From the NCBI GenBank assembly GCA_009103225.1, contig RHPI01001517.1:198505-262504 (forward strand): a stretch of DNA of 64,000 bases, in the 5' to 3' direction. Position numbers and translations under genes: made by a program. The notes beneath the pieces are model-generated. The model worked only from the letters and a program-made list of their open reading frames with translations, was not told where the DNA came from and made no database searches. Position 1 is the stretch's first letter; the number at the start of each line of letters is the position of its first letter. The stretch is from Chlorokybus atmophyticus (lineage: Eukaryota; Plantae; Mesostigma and Chlorokybus algae). Positions 62,455-64,000 of this stretch are shown here, piece after piece.

Positions 62455-63728
62455 CCAAGCTTGATGACTGTGCTCGGTTTGTCCAGTGCAATGTAGGTAG
62501 GATTGGGCACACAGCCCTTGTGGTCACAACGGTTGTGCTATGTGCCACCAGTGCAGAACTGGCTCACCATGCAGCCTTGCTGCTAGAAGCCAAATCAGTG
62601 CGTGTCCTCAGAGATGTTGATGGACGTCTTGCAGTATTGTTACGTGTTGTAGTGCAGCAGCAGCTATATCTGTTTGCAACTGCTGCACACGCTGTGTGTG
62701 AGATGTCATCAATTGCTGTTGAGTTGCATCATGGCAGCCTGCAGTGAATAACTTGAAGGTTGCAGGCTGAAGTATTCATTTTATACTCCGGAGTTGATGA
62801 CATCAAGTCAGGTAGCCGCCAACAACGCTGCAGACAAGCGGAGACGGCCTACAAGCACGTCAGGTCGCACATGCATTGCACGTTTCATACAATGCATTCA
62901 ATTACCTTTAACTACAGACTTGACATGTCATATTATTATATCATGTTGAATTATATGAAAGCATCATGTAGTATCATCTGATACAATAGTATTTGTAGAG
63001 TACATGATGTGGCCCGGATCACACATATGATGAAATAGGGGCGCTTTATTTCGGCTGAGCCCGAACGCAAGTAGATCAAACACAACACCAACACTTTTAC
63101 GCAAGCGGGTGATTTTGATAGAGACAATAATCACTTTTCAACTTAATGGCAATAAGGATACATATGAGTACACTCTGGAAAATACCTATGCAAGTAACGC
63201 ACATGAGAAGCACGCAAGCGCACAAACATGTGCGCCAACTTTTGTAGAGATAGCCAAGGGAAGGGGCAAAAGCCGGCTACGTACGCTATTGAAGTGCACT
63301 GAGATGGAGGGGAAGCATGCAGGCAGAGTTGCAACAAGGGCAAGCAGACACATATACCAACAAAGGCATGTACCAAGATGGGCAGTTATGAATTCATTGA
63401 AATTAGCAAACGATGCTACCAAAAAAGATCACCTTACACGTGTATAATTGATTGACTATATATATATATATAATTAGTAGATATTATGCATCACCTCGTA
63501 TGTTTGAAACATACCGATCATCCACTCTGTTTAACAACCTGTTGAATGTTAAGATATTGTAGTGTAAGAATTAATGCATGTGTCTTGAATAACGACTTTG
63601 AAGTAATGACGACGAACACCCACGCGTGTGCGTACTGTGCAGCATGCACAAGTTGAGACGTGCTGATGAAAGTCACAAGGCTTGTATACTATGTATAAAC
63701 TCTTGCTTATGCGATTCAAAACAGTTGC

Positions 63729-63800
63729 GGGGCTGTGGCGCAATGGTAGCGCGTTCGACTCCAGATCGAAAGGTTGGGCGTTCGATTCGCTTCAGCCTCA
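63729..63800 (+). tRNA. trnW: tRNA-Trp (CCA)
   Basis: Acceptor GGGGCTG/CAGCCTC, D-arm TGGCGCAATGGTAGCGC, anticodon arm TTCGA-CTCCAGA-TCGAA, T-loop TTCGATT. Followed by a TTTT Pol III terminator. Confidence 0.95.
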
Positions 63801-64000
63801 ACCCTTTTAGCACATCTTACGTCTGACATCTCTTGTCAAGCAGCAGCTGTGGCATGCAATAATGTGCATTCTGATGATACACATGCACTTACCCACCAGT
63901 ATGCACATCTCAAGTTAGGATATGTGCTCACACCCCTTCCAACGCCCACCAAAGAGGGTATTTGTTTGAATGTTTACTGCAACAATTTGGTTTGTGCGCA

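Overview
Intron-rich eukaryotic genomic DNA. The plant-type MIA40, the At5g12260-like glycosyltransferase and the transit-peptide rubredoxin point to the green lineage, probably a streptophyte alga (inference). It has CA/TG-rich introns, GA microsatellites and several N gaps. Host genes: an MscS-like channel, a type II coiled-coil membrane protein, a plastid rubredoxin-like protein, a secreted GDSL-bicupin fusion, a plant-conserved unknown protein, MIA40, a GT-A glycosyltransferase, a CobW/COG0523 GTPase, PSME3IP1/NIP30, a disrupted F-box gene and tRNA-Trp(CCA). The main discovery is a 14.5-kb DNA transposon (13430-27976) with 8-bp TIRs (CGTCGCAA) and a 2-bp AT target duplication, inserted in intron 2 of the rubredoxin gene. 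It encodes a Plavaka-type transposase plus chromatin/ubiquitin cargo: a Tudor domain fused to a compact phage/bacterial-type C5 DNA methyltransferase, a ZnF-OTU-RING gene and two unknown genes. GTACCAT-N2/4-ATGGTAC palindromes cluster in its intergenic regions. A near-identical, inverted, truncated second copy lies at 51566-56686. A degenerate Penelope-like retroelement with an N-terminal GIY-YIG (Chlamys/Naiad type, ~8163-12646) is interrupted by a TA-flanked MITE. All calls are by eye; no database searches were run.
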